Part shown: one piece after another, positions 26,240-35,254 of the stretch
Layout of the letters: each line of letters begins with the position of its first letter
Numbering within the stretch: position 1 is the first letter of the stretch
NCBI GenBank assembly: GCA_041497115.1
Contig: JBGQFW010000002.1
Location: 20,476-84,475, forward strand
Source of the DNA: Candidatus Methylomirabilia bacterium
GTDB taxonomy: Bacteria > Methylomirabilota > Methylomirabilia > Rokubacteriales > CSP1-6
Reading direction: 5' to 3'
Length of the DNA stretch: 64,000 nucleotides
Position numbers and translations under genes: made by a program
The notes under the pieces: generated by a model
What the model was told of the DNA's origin: nothing
Database searches by the model: none
Seen by the model: only the letters and a program-made list of their open reading frames with translations

Positions 26240-26980
26240 TCAGCCGGCCAGATCGAGGACCAGCGCGGCATGGTCGCTGAGCCGGTCGCGGCGGCCCCGG
26301 CGCGCCGCCCCGCCCCACGTATGCACCGCGTCCTCGAGGTGTCCCAGCAGCGCCGGGTTCACGAAGGCCTGGTCGATGCGAAAGCCGTTGCGCCCGTTGG
26401 GCGAGTACCACGTGTAGGCGCGCTCGACCGGTCGCAGGTGGCGGAAGGCGTCGAACCAGCCGCACCCGGCGAGCGCGTCGATCCACCCCTCCTCGCGCAG
26501 GCTGAAGGCGGGCGCCTCCTCGTCGAGGCCGCGGCGGCCGGAGTTGGTGTCGCCGACGAAGAGCGCGGGGCCCAGCCGCCAGCGCCGGGCGCAGCCCAGC
26601 ACCGCGTCGAGGAACGGGTACTTGCGCCCCGTCACGCGGTTGGGCACGTGGAGCGCGCCGATCACGAGGGGCGCCGGGGCCTGCACCCGGACGGCCAGCC
26701 AGCGCGCGCGGTCGGCGGGCGCGGCGCCAAGCCGCAGGCGGCGCAGCGGCCAGCGCGCCGCCACGAGCAGCGCGTTGCGCGCCGGCCGCCGCGGATCGGC
26801 GGTCGTGAGCTGGTGGCCGAGCCCCGCCCTCGCCAGCGCCACCGCCAGCGCCGCGCTCGGCGGCGTGGCGCGGAACTCGGAGAGCGCGACCACGTCGGGC
26901 GCCCAGCGGCCGAGCTGGCGCGCGATCCCACCGGCCCGCCGCCCGCCGCCCGCTCGGATGTTCCAGGCCACGATGCGCAT
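26240..26980 (-). CDS. Endonuclease/exonuclease/phosphatase (EEP) family protein
   Basis: MRIVAWNIRAGGG, VVALSE, GDTN, and C-terminal LSDHAALVLDL. Confidence 0.85.
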   Translation of the reverse strand: MRIVAWNIRAGGGRRAGGIARQLGRWAPDVVALSEFRATPPSAALAVALARAGLGHQLTTADPRRPARNALLVAARWPLRRLRLGAAPADRARWLAVRVQAPAPLVIGALHVPNRVTGRKYPFLDAVLGCARRWRLGPALFVGDTNSGRRGLDEEAPAFSLREEGWIDALAGCGWFDAFRHLRPVERAYTWYSPNGRNGFRIDQAFVNPALLGHLEDAVHTWGGAARRGRRDRLSDHAALVLDLAG

Positions 26981-27124
26981 CGGGCGATGATTGTAGCGCG
27001 AGGATCGCACGGGGATTGGGCAGCGGGCCTGCCGCTGCCCGCACCTTCAGCAATGCCGCGCGCGCCCGCCCGGCCCCCGCCGAAGGACGCCGTGCATTCC
27101 GGGGACTTGCCGCGCCGCGCCGGC

Positions 27125-27139
27125 TGGCACGGCACTTGT
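27125..27139 (+). promoter_or_regulatory. Candidate sigma54 (-24/-12) promoter: TGGCAC-N5-TTGT
   Basis: cTGGCACggcacTTGTt, about 85 nt upstream of the reductase start. The spacing is exact, but the -12 element is GT rather than GC. Confidence 0.3.
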
Positions 27140-27220
27140 TACTCCCGGCCCGGGGGCCCGATGCGGGGCGCCCGATGAAGGCAAGGGCGCCTTCCTGTTG
27201 CCGTGCGCAGGAGGCGCCGT

Positions 27221-29083
27221 GTGAACCGGATCGAGCAGATCAAGTCGGTGAAGGACGGCCTCGACGTCGGCGAGGCGATCCCGCGCTACGCCGCCGAGGG
27301 CTTCGAGGCGATCGAGGAGGGCGACCTCGAGCGGCTGAAGTGGTGGGGCCTCTTCGTGCGCAAGCACACCCCCGGCTACTTCATGATGCGCATCCGCATC
27401 CCCAACGGGATGACCACCGCCGCCCAGCTGCGCGTCCTCGGCGACCTCGCCAACCAGCACGGGCGCGGGCTGGCCGACATCACGACGCGCCAGCAGCTCC
27501 AGCTGCGCTGGCTCACGATCGGCGACGTTCCCGTCGTGCTCGAGCGGCTGCGCGCGGCGGGGCTGGTGACGCTGCAGACCGGCATGGACAACATCCGCAA
27601 CGTCGTGGGGTGCGCGGTGGCCGGGCTCACCCGCGGCGAGCTGCTCGACGCCTCGCCGGTGGCGCGCGCGTTCAGCGAGGCGTTCGTCGGCGATCGCGCG
27701 TTCACCAACCTGCCGCGCAAGTTCAACGTGACGATCACCGGCTGCCGCGACAACTGCACCCACGCCGAGACCCAGGACCTGGCCCTCGTCCCCGCCACGC
27801 GCGAGGTGGCCGGCGCCGCCGTCGCCGGCTTCAACGTCCTCGTCGGCGGCAAGAACGGCTCGGGCGGTTACCGCATCGCGACGCCGCTCGACGTCTGGGT
27901 CCCGCCCGGGGAGGCGGTCGCGCTCTGCCGCGCGGTCGTGCTGCTCTTCCGCGATCACGGCAGCCGTGACGCGCGCAACAAGATCCGCCTCGCCTTCCTG
28001 GTGGACGCCTGGGGCGCGGCGCGCTTCCGCTCGGCGCTGGAGGGGCGGCTCGGCCACGAGCTGGTCCCCGCGGGCACCGACGCGCGGCTGGCGACGGCGG
28101 CCGACCACGTCGGCGTCTTCCGCCAGCAGCAGGCGGGGCTGAACTACGCGGGGCTGCTGGTGCCGGTCGGCCGCCTCACCGGCGACCAGCTGGTCGAGCT
28201 GGCCCGGCTCGCCGAGCGCTACGGCACCGGCGACGTCCGGCTCACGCCCGATCAGAACGTCGTGATCCCCCACGTGCCCGACCCCAAGGTCGGCGACCTC
28301 ACGACCGAGCCGCTGCTCAAGGTGCTGCGCTACGACCCCTCGGAGATCATGCGCGGGCTCGTGAGCTGCACCGGGGTCGAGTTCTGCAACCTCGCCGTCA
28401 TCGAGACCAAGAGCCGGGCGCTGCAGATCGCGCGCACGCTGGAGGCGAAGATCCACCGCCGCACGCCGATCCGCATCGCCTGGTCGGGGTGCCCGGCCGG
28501 CTGCGGCAACCACACCGTGTCGGACATCGGCCTGCTCGGCGTCAAGACGAGCGTGGACGGCAAGCCGGTGGACGCCGTCGACATCTTCGTCGGCGGCTCG
28601 TCGGGGCCGCGGGCCAATCACGGCGTGCGGATCCTCGAGAACGTCCCCTGCCGCCGCCTGCCCGAGGTGCTGGAGGGGCTGGTCCGCCACTACGAGCCGG
28701 ACAAGGTCCGCCGCCAGCTGCGCGCCCTCGCGTCGCCGGCGGCGACGCCGGTCCCGCCCCCGCCGGTCTCCCAGGCGCGCGCGCCGGGGCGGCCGGTCAT
28801 CGGGCCCGGCGAGCCGGCCGAGGGCACCGGCAAGGCGCTCACGGTCAACGGCGTGGAGGTCGCCGTGTTCCGCTGCGGCGGCCACCTCTACGCGCTGGCC
28901 AATGCCTGTCCGCACGCCGGCGGGTCGCTGGCCGGCGGCGAGCTCGAGGGCGACGAGGTCGTCTGCCCGCTGCACGGCCATCGCTTCAACGTCAAGACGG
29001 GCGCCTGCTCGACCGATCCGGCGCTGCGGGCGACGACCTTTCCGGTGACGCCGCACGCGGGCGGTCTCACCGTCGAGACCTGA
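27221..29083 (+). CDS. Siroheme-[4Fe-4S] nitrite/sulfite reductase (NirA/Sir type) fused to a C-terminal Rieske [2Fe-2S] domain
   Basis: NIR_SIR repeats. Cluster/siroheme Cys residues SCTGVEFC ... SGCPAGC. The C-terminal domain has CPH(x17)CPLHG. GTG at 27221 is preceded by GCAGGAGG. Confidence 0.9.
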   Translation: MNRIEQIKSVKDGLDVGEAIPRYAAEGFEAIEEGDLERLKWWGLFVRKHTPGYFMMRIRIPNGMTTAAQLRVLGDLANQHGRGLADITTRQQLQLRWLTIGDVPVVLERLRAAGLVTLQTGMDNIRNVVGCAVAGLTRGELLDASPVARAFSEAFVGDRAFTNLPRKFNVTITGCRDNCTHAETQDLALVPATREVAGAAVAGFNVLVGGKNGSGGYRIATPLDVWVPPGEAVALCRAVVLLFRDHGSRDARNKIRLAFLVDAWGAARFRSALEGRLGHELVPAGTDARLATAADHVGVFRQQQAGLNYAGLLVPVGRLTGDQLVELARLAERYGTGDVRLTPDQNVVIPHVPDPKVGDLTTEPLLKVLRYDPSEIMRGLVSCTGVEFCNLAVIETKSRALQIARTLEAKIHRRTPIRIAWSGCPAGCGNHTVSDIGLLGVKTSVDGKPVDAVDIFVGGSSGPRANHGVRILENVPCRRLPEVLEGLVRHYEPDKVRRQLRALASPAATPVPPPPVSQARAPGRPVIGPGEPAEGTGKALTVNGVEVAVFRCGGHLYALANACPHAGGSLAGGELEGDEVVCPLHGHRFNVKTGACSTDPALRATTFPVTPHAGGLTVET

Positions 29084-29091
29084 GAGCCGGC

Positions 29092-29664
29092 GTGGGCTTC
29101 TTCCCCGTCGTGCTCGACCTGACCGGCCGGCCGTGTCTCGTCGTCGGCGGCGGCGCCGTCGCCGAGCGCAAGGCGCAGGCGCTGCTCGACGCGGCGGCGC
29201 GCGTGACCGTGATCAGCCCGACGCTCACGCCGCGGCTGGCGGCGTGGGCGGAGGCCCGCGCGCTGCGCCACGTCGCCGGCGCCTACCGGCGCGGTGACGT
29301 GGCGGGCTACGCGCTGGTCTTCGTCGCGACCGACGATCGCGCGCTGAACGCCGGGGTCGCCGCCGAGGCGCGCGCCCTCGGAGTCTGGATCAACGCCGCC
29401 GACGACCCGCCGCACTGCGATTTCATCCTGCCTTCGGTGCTCCGGCGCGGCGCGCTCACGGTGGCGGTCTCCACCGGCGGCACCAGCCCGGCGCTGGCGC
29501 GCGCGGTGCGCGAGGAGCTGGACGCGCACCTCACCGACGACTACCGCGTGCTGGCCACCGTCGCGGCCGAGACGCGGCGCGAGTTGCGCGGGGCCGGCGC
29601 CGCCCCCGACGCCGAGACGTGGCGGCGCGCGCTGCGGGCGCTGCTGGCGGCCCCGTGCGGGTAG
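29092..29664 (+). CDS. Precorrin-2 dehydrogenase / sirohydrochlorin ferrochelatase (SirC/Met8-like, CysG N-terminal type)
   Basis: VGFFPVVLDLTGRPCLVVGGGAVAERKAQALLDAAARVTVISP...GVWINAADDP..CDFILPS. Confidence 0.85.
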   Translation: MGFFPVVLDLTGRPCLVVGGGAVAERKAQALLDAAARVTVISPTLTPRLAAWAEARALRHVAGAYRRGDVAGYALVFVATDDRALNAGVAAEARALGVWINAADDPPHCDFILPSVLRRGALTVAVSTGGTSPALARAVREELDAHLTDDYRVLATVAAETRRELRGAGAAPDAETWRRALRALLAAPCG

Positions 29665-30449
29665 GCCGCGTCCACCTGGTCGGCGCCGGCCCCGGCGATC
29701 CGGGGCTGCTCACCCTGCGCGGGCGCGCGGCGCTCCGCCGCGCCGACGTCGTCGTCTACGACCGCCTGGTCGACCCGCGCGTGCTGGCGCTGGCTCCCCC
29801 TCGCGCGCTGCGCGTCTTCGCGGGCAAGGCCTCCGGCTGCCACACGCTGCCGCAGGCGGCGATCAACGCGCTGCTGATCGCCCACGCGGAGCGGGGCCGC
29901 CGCGTGGTGCGGCTCAAGGGCGGCGATCCGTTCGTGTTCGGGCGGGGCGGCGAGGAAATGGAGGCGCTGGCGGCGCGCGGCATCGCGGTCACGGTCGTGC
30001 CCGGCGTGAGCGCGGCCCTCGCGGCGCCGGCCGCCGCCGGGATCCCGCTGACCCACCGGCGCCTGGCCTCGTCGTTCGCGGTGGTGACCGGTCACGAGGG
30101 CGACGGCAAGGACGCGCCGGCGGTGGACTGGGAGCGGCTGGCGACCGCCGCCGACACGCTCGTCGTGCTGATGGGGCTCGGGCGGCTGCCGGCGATCGTC
30201 GCCGCGCTGCGCGCCCACGGCCGCCACGCCGACACGCCGGTCGCGCTGATCCGTGAGGGGACGACGTGCGGCCAGCAGACCGTCGTCGGCACGCTCGCCG
30301 ACATCGTGGAGCGGGCGCGGGCGGCCGCGCTGACGCCGCCCGTGGTGATCGTGGTGGGCGACGTCGTCAGGCTGCGCGGGCGGCTCGCCCGCACAGGCCG
30401 CCCCCGGCGGCGCGTCGCCGGGCGGCCGCTACTCGTGCAGCAGGACTAG
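29655..30449 (+). CDS. cobA: Uroporphyrinogen-III C-methyltransferase
   Basis: VHLVGAGPGDPGLLTLRG...VVYDRL, VVRLKGGDPFVFGRGGEE, VPGVSAA. The GTG start overlaps the upstream gene by 10 nt. Confidence 0.9.
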   Translation: MRVGRVHLVGAGPGDPGLLTLRGRAALRRADVVVYDRLVDPRVLALAPPRALRVFAGKASGCHTLPQAAINALLIAHAERGRRVVRLKGGDPFVFGRGGEEMEALAARGIAVTVVPGVSAALAAPAAAGIPLTHRRLASSFAVVTGHEGDGKDAPAVDWERLATAADTLVVLMGLGRLPAIVAALRAHGRHADTPVALIREGTTCGQQTVVGTLADIVERARAAALTPPVVIVVGDVVRLRGRLARTGRPRRRVAGRPLLVQQD

Positions 30450-30616
30450 GCGCGAACGCGCAGCGCGCGCCGGCGCCAGGCCGCGGCCAGGACCGCCGTC
30501 AGCCCCGCCGCCACCGTCACCTGCGCGGCGTCGATCGCCACGTAGACGACGCTGATCGCGAGCTCGCCGCTGATCCAGGACGCCACCGCGCCGAACCCGA
30601 GGCTGAAAGACGACGG
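30446..30616 (-). pseudogene. 56-codon TM-rich extension in frame directly after the MFS TAG stop (nonsense-truncated tail or readthrough segment)
   Basis: My own translation: TAG-PSSFSLGFGAVASWISGELAISVVYVAIDAAQVTVAAGLTAVLAAAWRRRALRVRA*. Third codon positions are almost all G/C. There is no start codon of its own. Confidence 0.35.
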
Positions 30617-31930
30617 CTACGCGGAACGCGAGGGGCTTGTCAATCCGCGCTCGCCGGCGCCGGATTCGGTACTCGGAACGGGGGGTTCGCGGGCGAGGAG
30701 ATAGAAGACGGCGGCGCCGACGGCGCCGAAGCCGAAGGCCACGTAGAGGAGCGGCTCGGGGCCGAGCCAGATCCACAGGAGCGCCCCCACCAGCGAGGCC
30801 CAGCACACCGCGAGGCTGCGGATGCCCCAGTAGAGGCCGACCCCCTGGGCGCGGATCTCCCGGGGCACCAGCGAGGTGATGAGCGCCTTGCGGGCGGGCT
30901 CGCCGATCTCGCGCAGGCCGTAGACCACGAAGGCGAGCAGGAGCCCCCAGCCGTCGGGTGCCCGCGCCAGGACCAGCGGGAACAGCGCGAAGAAGACGAA
31001 GGTCACGCCGACGAAGGGCTGCAGCCCGACCACCGCCGTCATCCGCCCGACCGGCAGATAGGTCAGCAGCGCGGTGAGGTTCTGCAGCGCGAACAGCAGC
31101 CCGACGGTGGCGACATCCACCCCGCGCGTGCCGAGCAGGTACAGCACGACGAGCTCGCGCACGAGCCAGTCGCACCAGCGGGTGAACACCTCGGCCAGCA
31201 GCAGCCGCCGCAGCGCGGGCGGGAACCGGCGGACGACCGCGCGCGCGCCGGGCCCCGGCGGCGCCGGCTCGTGGTGCGGCATGAAGCGCACCTGCAGGGC
31301 GAGCGAGATCAGCCCCAGCCCGAGCGCGGCGGCCACCAGCCAGCGCAGGCCGACGACGTAGCCGACCTCGCGACCGCCGTAGCGCGCCGCCGCCCACGCC
31401 AGCACGAAGCCGGCGATCGCCGGGCCGAGGATCTTGGGCAGCCGCTTCTGGATGGATTGCAGCGCGAAGGCCATGCCCTGCCCCGCCGTCGACACGGTGG
31501 CGCCGACGGTCGTGAACGTCACCGGCACCGACAGGGGCTCCCAGCCGACGATGAGGAGCGTGGCGACGACGGCGCCGGCCGGCGCGCCCCAGGTCAGGAA
31601 CAGGCCGTAGCCGGCGATCGTGAGCACGCCGAAGAGGATGAGCGACCCGCGGTCCCCGAGCCGCGCGGTGATCTGGCCGCCGCCCACGTAGCAGACGGCC
31701 TCGAACAGGTTGCGCAGGCACGCGTACACGCCGACGGCCAGCAGCGCGGCCACGCTGACGCCGGCGACGGCGCCCGCGTCGGGCCGGACCTTCGCCTGCA
31801 GATACGCGGGCAAGAACGGGTTCCACAGCTGCTCGCCGAGGCCGAAGAACAGCACGGAGACGAGCACGACGCCCACCGTGCGGTTCAGCGCCAGCGCGCC
31901 GGCCAGCGAGCCGCGCGACGCGTCCGTCAC
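30617..31930 (-). CDS. MFS transporter
   Basis: Multiple TM helices and MFS-like loops (GRLGDRGS, GVGLYWG). The GTG start is in a GTGA overlap with the upstream MBL gene stop. Confidence 0.85.
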   Translation of the reverse strand: MTDASRGSLAGALALNRTVGVVLVSVLFFGLGEQLWNPFLPAYLQAKVRPDAGAVAGVSVAALLAVGVYACLRNLFEAVCYVGGGQITARLGDRGSLILFGVLTIAGYGLFLTWGAPAGAVVATLLIVGWEPLSVPVTFTTVGATVSTAGQGMAFALQSIQKRLPKILGPAIAGFVLAWAAARYGGREVGYVVGLRWLVAAALGLGLISLALQVRFMPHHEPAPPGPGARAVVRRFPPALRRLLLAEVFTRWCDWLVRELVVLYLLGTRGVDVATVGLLFALQNLTALLTYLPVGRMTAVVGLQPFVGVTFVFFALFPLVLARAPDGWGLLLAFVVYGLREIGEPARKALITSLVPREIRAQGVGLYWGIRSLAVCWASLVGALLWIWLGPEPLLYVAFGFGAVGAAVFYLLAREPPVPSTESGAGERGLTSPSRSA

Positions 31931-32829
31931 AGGCACGTGTGGCCGCCGGCGCCGCCGCGCAGCCGCTCCATGCCGGCCAGCATCGCCGGCAGGTCCATCG
32001 GCTGATGCAGCTCGTCGCGGAACTCCTGGTAGCAGCGCAGGACGTTGGGCAGGATGCGCTCGGGCTCGCGCCAGGACGCGTACACGCCGAGCTTGATGTC
32101 CCCGGCGGCGGCCTCGGCCGGCATGCCGGCGTCGAAGCGCCGGCGCGCCTCGCGATGCACGAGCGCCAGGTAGTCGCGCATCAGCCGCATCTCCGTCTTG
32201 GTCCCGATCGGCCCGTGGCCGGGCACGATCACGTCGGCCTCGAAGGCGAGCGCGCGGTCGGCGGCGTCGATCCAGTGGCCGACGTGCCCCTGGAACGCCA
32301 GCGGCGTGACGCCGTGGAAGGCCAGGTCGCCCGCGAACAGGATCCGCTCGCGGGGCAGGAACACGGTGGCGTCGCCGCTGGTGTGGGCGGGGCGGCCGGG
32401 GTGCCAGAGGTGGATCTCGTGGTCGCCGTCGTGCATGACCAGGCGGTCCTCGAACGTCACCGTCGGCAGCCGCACCGTCAGCAGCGGAAACTCGCGGGCG
32501 AAGCGGGGCATGAACCGCTGGAGCAGCGGAATCGGCGGGAACCCGGGCTCGAGCTCGGCCCGGCAGCGCGCGCTGGCGATGATCGTGGCGCCGCGGAAGA
32601 AGCGATTGCCGCCGGTGTGGTCCACGTGGTGGTGCGTGTTGATCAGCGCGCCGATCTTCCGGCGCGTAATCTTGTGGATGGCCGCCAGCAGCCGGCGCGT
32701 CATGGACGGCACCATGAGCGCGTCGACGGCGACCGCGCCGTCGGTGCCGACGACGAGCCCGGCGTTGGAGATCCCGGTCTCGCCGGTGGCCTGGACATAG
32801 GCGAACACGCCGCGCCCGACCTCCCGCAT
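31927..32829 (-). CDS. MBL-fold metallo-hydrolase
   Basis: MREVGRGVFAYVQ..., HxHxDH (INTHHHVDHTGGN), and later GDLAFHG / VPGHGP. An alternative start lies at 32892. Confidence 0.85.
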   Translation of the reverse strand: MREVGRGVFAYVQATGETGISNAGLVVGTDGAVAVDALMVPSMTRRLLAAIHKITRRKIGALINTHHHVDHTGGNRFFRGATIIASARCRAELEPGFPPIPLLQRFMPRFAREFPLLTVRLPTVTFEDRLVMHDGDHEIHLWHPGRPAHTSGDATVFLPRERILFAGDLAFHGVTPLAFQGHVGHWIDAADRALAFEADVIVPGHGPIGTKTEMRLMRDYLALVHREARRRFDAGMPAEAAAGDIKLGVYASWREPERILPNVLRCYQEFRDELHQPMDLPAMLAGMERLRGGAGGHTCL

Positions 32830-32921
32830 TCCCGTCGTCCCGCCGCGCGGCCGCATGCGCTGATAGCAGCATGCCGGCTTTCGGAGTGTCAAGGCGGGCC
32901 CCGCGATGCTATCGTGCCGGC

Positions 32922-34694
32922 ATGGCGACCCCCGACGCGATGCCCACCACGCGGGGAACGAATTTCTACCTCGCCGATCCCAACCTGGCGTTCGTCTGCG
33001 CGACCGTCATGCGCCCCGAGGACTTCGCCCGCGCGCGGCCCCATCTGCAGATGATGGGCGAGACGGCCGGCGGCGAGCTCGACGCGCTGGCCGCCGTCGC
33101 CGACAAGCACCCGCCCACGCTCCGCACCCACGACGAGACGGGCCGCCGCGTGGACGAGGTCGTGCGCCACCCGGCCTACGCGGCGATGGAGCGGATCGCG
33201 TTCGAGCGCTTCGGCCTCCACGCGATGTCGCACCGCGAGGGGGTGCTGGGGTGGCCGGGGCGCGTGCCGCACGCCGTCAAGTACGCGCTCTCCTACCTGT
33301 TCTCGCAGGCCGAGTTCGGGCTGCTGTGCCCGGTGTCGGTGACCGACTCGACCGCCCGCATGCTGCGCTGGTTCGCCGCCGACGAGGTGAAGGCGCGCTT
33401 CCTGCCGCTGCTCACGACGACCGACTTCGACGCGCTCTGGCAGGGCGCGCAGTGGATGACCGAGAAGACCGGCGGCTCCGACGTCGGCGCGTCCACCACG
33501 CGGGCGCGCCGGGACGCCGACGGCACCTGGCGCCTGTGGGGCGACAAGTGGTTCTGCTCCGTCGCCAACGCCGGCGCCGCGCTCGCGCTGGCCCGGCCCG
33601 AGGGCGCGCCCGCCGGCACCCGCGGCCTCGCGCTGTTCCTGGTGCCCCGGCTCCTCGCCGACGGGACGCGGAACGCGTGGACGCTCAACCGGCTCAAGGA
33701 CAAGTTCGGCTCGCGCTCGATGGCGACCGGCGAGGTGACGCTCGACGGCGCGCTGGGCCTCCTCGTCGGCGATCCCGCGCGCGGCTTCGCCCAGATGATG
33801 GAGATGGTCAACGTCTCCCGGCTCTCCAACGCGATGCGCGCCGCCGGCATCATGCGCCGCAGCGTGCTGGAGTCCGTCGTCCACGCGCGCGGTCGCTCGG
33901 CCTTCGGCCGCCCGCTCATCGACCTGCCCCAGCTCCGGCGCGACCTGCTCGAGATGACGCTCGACGCCGAGGCCGGCTGCTCGGTCGTCCTCAACGCGGC
34001 GGCCCTGCTCGACCGCGCCGACGCCGGCGACGCCGGCGCGGGCGCGCTGATCCGCCTCGTCATCCCGCTCGCCAAGTACTGGCTCACCGCCCGCGCCCGC
34101 GTGGTGGCGAGCGAGGCGATGAACGTGCGCGGCGGCAACGGCTACGTCGAGGAATGGGTCAACGCGCGCCTGGTGCGCGACGCCTATCTCGGCGCCATCT
34201 GGGAGGGGTCCACCAACGTCGTCGCCCTCGACGTCCAGCGCGCGATCCTGCGCGAGGGCGCCTTCGAGCCGCTGGCCGACTTCGTCCAGGCGCGCCTGGA
34301 CGCGGTCACCGAGCCGCGCGCCAAGCCGTGGGTGGACGTCGTGGGCGCCACCGTGGCCACGCTCCGCCGGCGCCTCGCCGCCTGGCCCGGGATGGAGACC
34401 GCCGAGCGCGAGCTGGACGCGCGGCCGGTGGCCGACGCGCTCTACCACGCGCTGGCCGGCGCGCTCCTGCTGGCCGAGGGGCAGACCCTGTGGCGCGAGG
34501 GGCAGAGCGCGCGCAAGCTGCTGGCCGGCGCGCTCTATCTGCGGAAGTGGCTCCGGCCGCCGGCGGCGCCGGCCTCCGTGTTCTCCGCCCGCGAGTGCGA
34601 GTGGCTGCCGGCCCTGATCGACTGGACGCCGGTCCCCGCCGACGCCCTGCCGGCGGAGCCCGGGTGGGAACTTCACGGCCGCCCGCCGGTCTAA
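32922..34694 (+). CDS. Acyl-CoA dehydrogenase family protein (AidB-like)
   Basis: NFYLADPNL..., WMTEKTGGSDV, GDKWFCS, and GRPLIDLPQLRRDL. ATG at 32922. Confidence 0.9.
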   Translation: MATPDAMPTTRGTNFYLADPNLAFVCATVMRPEDFARARPHLQMMGETAGGELDALAAVADKHPPTLRTHDETGRRVDEVVRHPAYAAMERIAFERFGLHAMSHREGVLGWPGRVPHAVKYALSYLFSQAEFGLLCPVSVTDSTARMLRWFAADEVKARFLPLLTTTDFDALWQGAQWMTEKTGGSDVGASTTRARRDADGTWRLWGDKWFCSVANAGAALALARPEGAPAGTRGLALFLVPRLLADGTRNAWTLNRLKDKFGSRSMATGEVTLDGALGLLVGDPARGFAQMMEMVNVSRLSNAMRAAGIMRRSVLESVVHARGRSAFGRPLIDLPQLRRDLLEMTLDAEAGCSVVLNAAALLDRADAGDAGAGALIRLVIPLAKYWLTARARVVASEAMNVRGGNGYVEEWVNARLVRDAYLGAIWEGSTNVVALDVQRAILREGAFEPLADFVQARLDAVTEPRAKPWVDVVGATVATLRRRLAAWPGMETAERELDARPVADALYHALAGALLLAEGQTLWREGQSARKLLAGALYLRKWLRPPAAPASVFSARECEWLPALIDWTPVPADALPAEPGWELHGRPPV

Positions 34695-34696
34695 CG

Positions 34697-35254
34697 GTGC
34701 GTGAGCCCTCCGCCGACGACGCGGCGCTGCTCGCGCGCCTGTGCGCCGGCGACGCGAGGGCCTTCGAGGCGCTCGTGAGCACCTACCAGCATCGCGTGTT
34801 CGGCGTCGCCCTCCGGATGCTCGGCAGCCGCGTGGAGGCCGAGGACGTCGCCCAGGAGACGTTCCTGCGCGCCCACCGCGCGCTCGGCGCGTTCCGCGGC
34901 GACGCGCGGCTCGGCACCTGGCTCTACGCCATCGTCTCCCGGCTCTGCCTGAATCACCTGGCCTCGGCGCCGCGGCGCCACGAGCGGAGCGACGACGCCG
35001 CGCTGCTGCGCCTGGCGGCGCCGGCCGCCGACGCCGCCGCCGCGCTGGAGCGCAGCGAGCTGGAGGCGGCGCTGCAGCAGGCCATCGCCGAGCTGCCCCA
35101 CGAGCGGCGGATCGTCGTCGTCCTGCGCGACCTCGAGGGGCTCGCCTACGAGGAGATCGCCGAGACGCTCGGCCTGGAGCTCGGCACCGTGCGCTCGCGG
35201 CTGCACCGCGCGCGGCTGGACCTCAAGGCGAAGCTGGAGCGCTTCCTGCCATGA
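34697..35254 (+). CDS. ECF (sigma-70 family group 4) RNA polymerase sigma factor
   Basis: Region 2 (AEDVAQETFLRAHRAL) and region 4 (LEGLAYEEIAETLGLELGTVRSRLHRAR). GTG at 34697. Confidence 0.9.
   Translation: MREPSADDAALLARLCAGDARAFEALVSTYQHRVFGVALRMLGSRVEAEDVAQETFLRAHRALGAFRGDARLGTWLYAIVSRLCLNHLASAPRRHERSDDAALLRLAAPAADAAAALERSELEAALQQAIAELPHERRIVVVLRDLEGLAYEEIAETLGLELGTVRSRLHRARLDLKAKLERFLP

Noticed and set aside
30429-31826. ORF 30429..31826 (-, 465 aa) overlapping the MFS gene.
   Set aside because: It is an Arg/Gly/Pro-rich off-frame translation of the MFS transporter, and the MFS frame shows clear TM helices.
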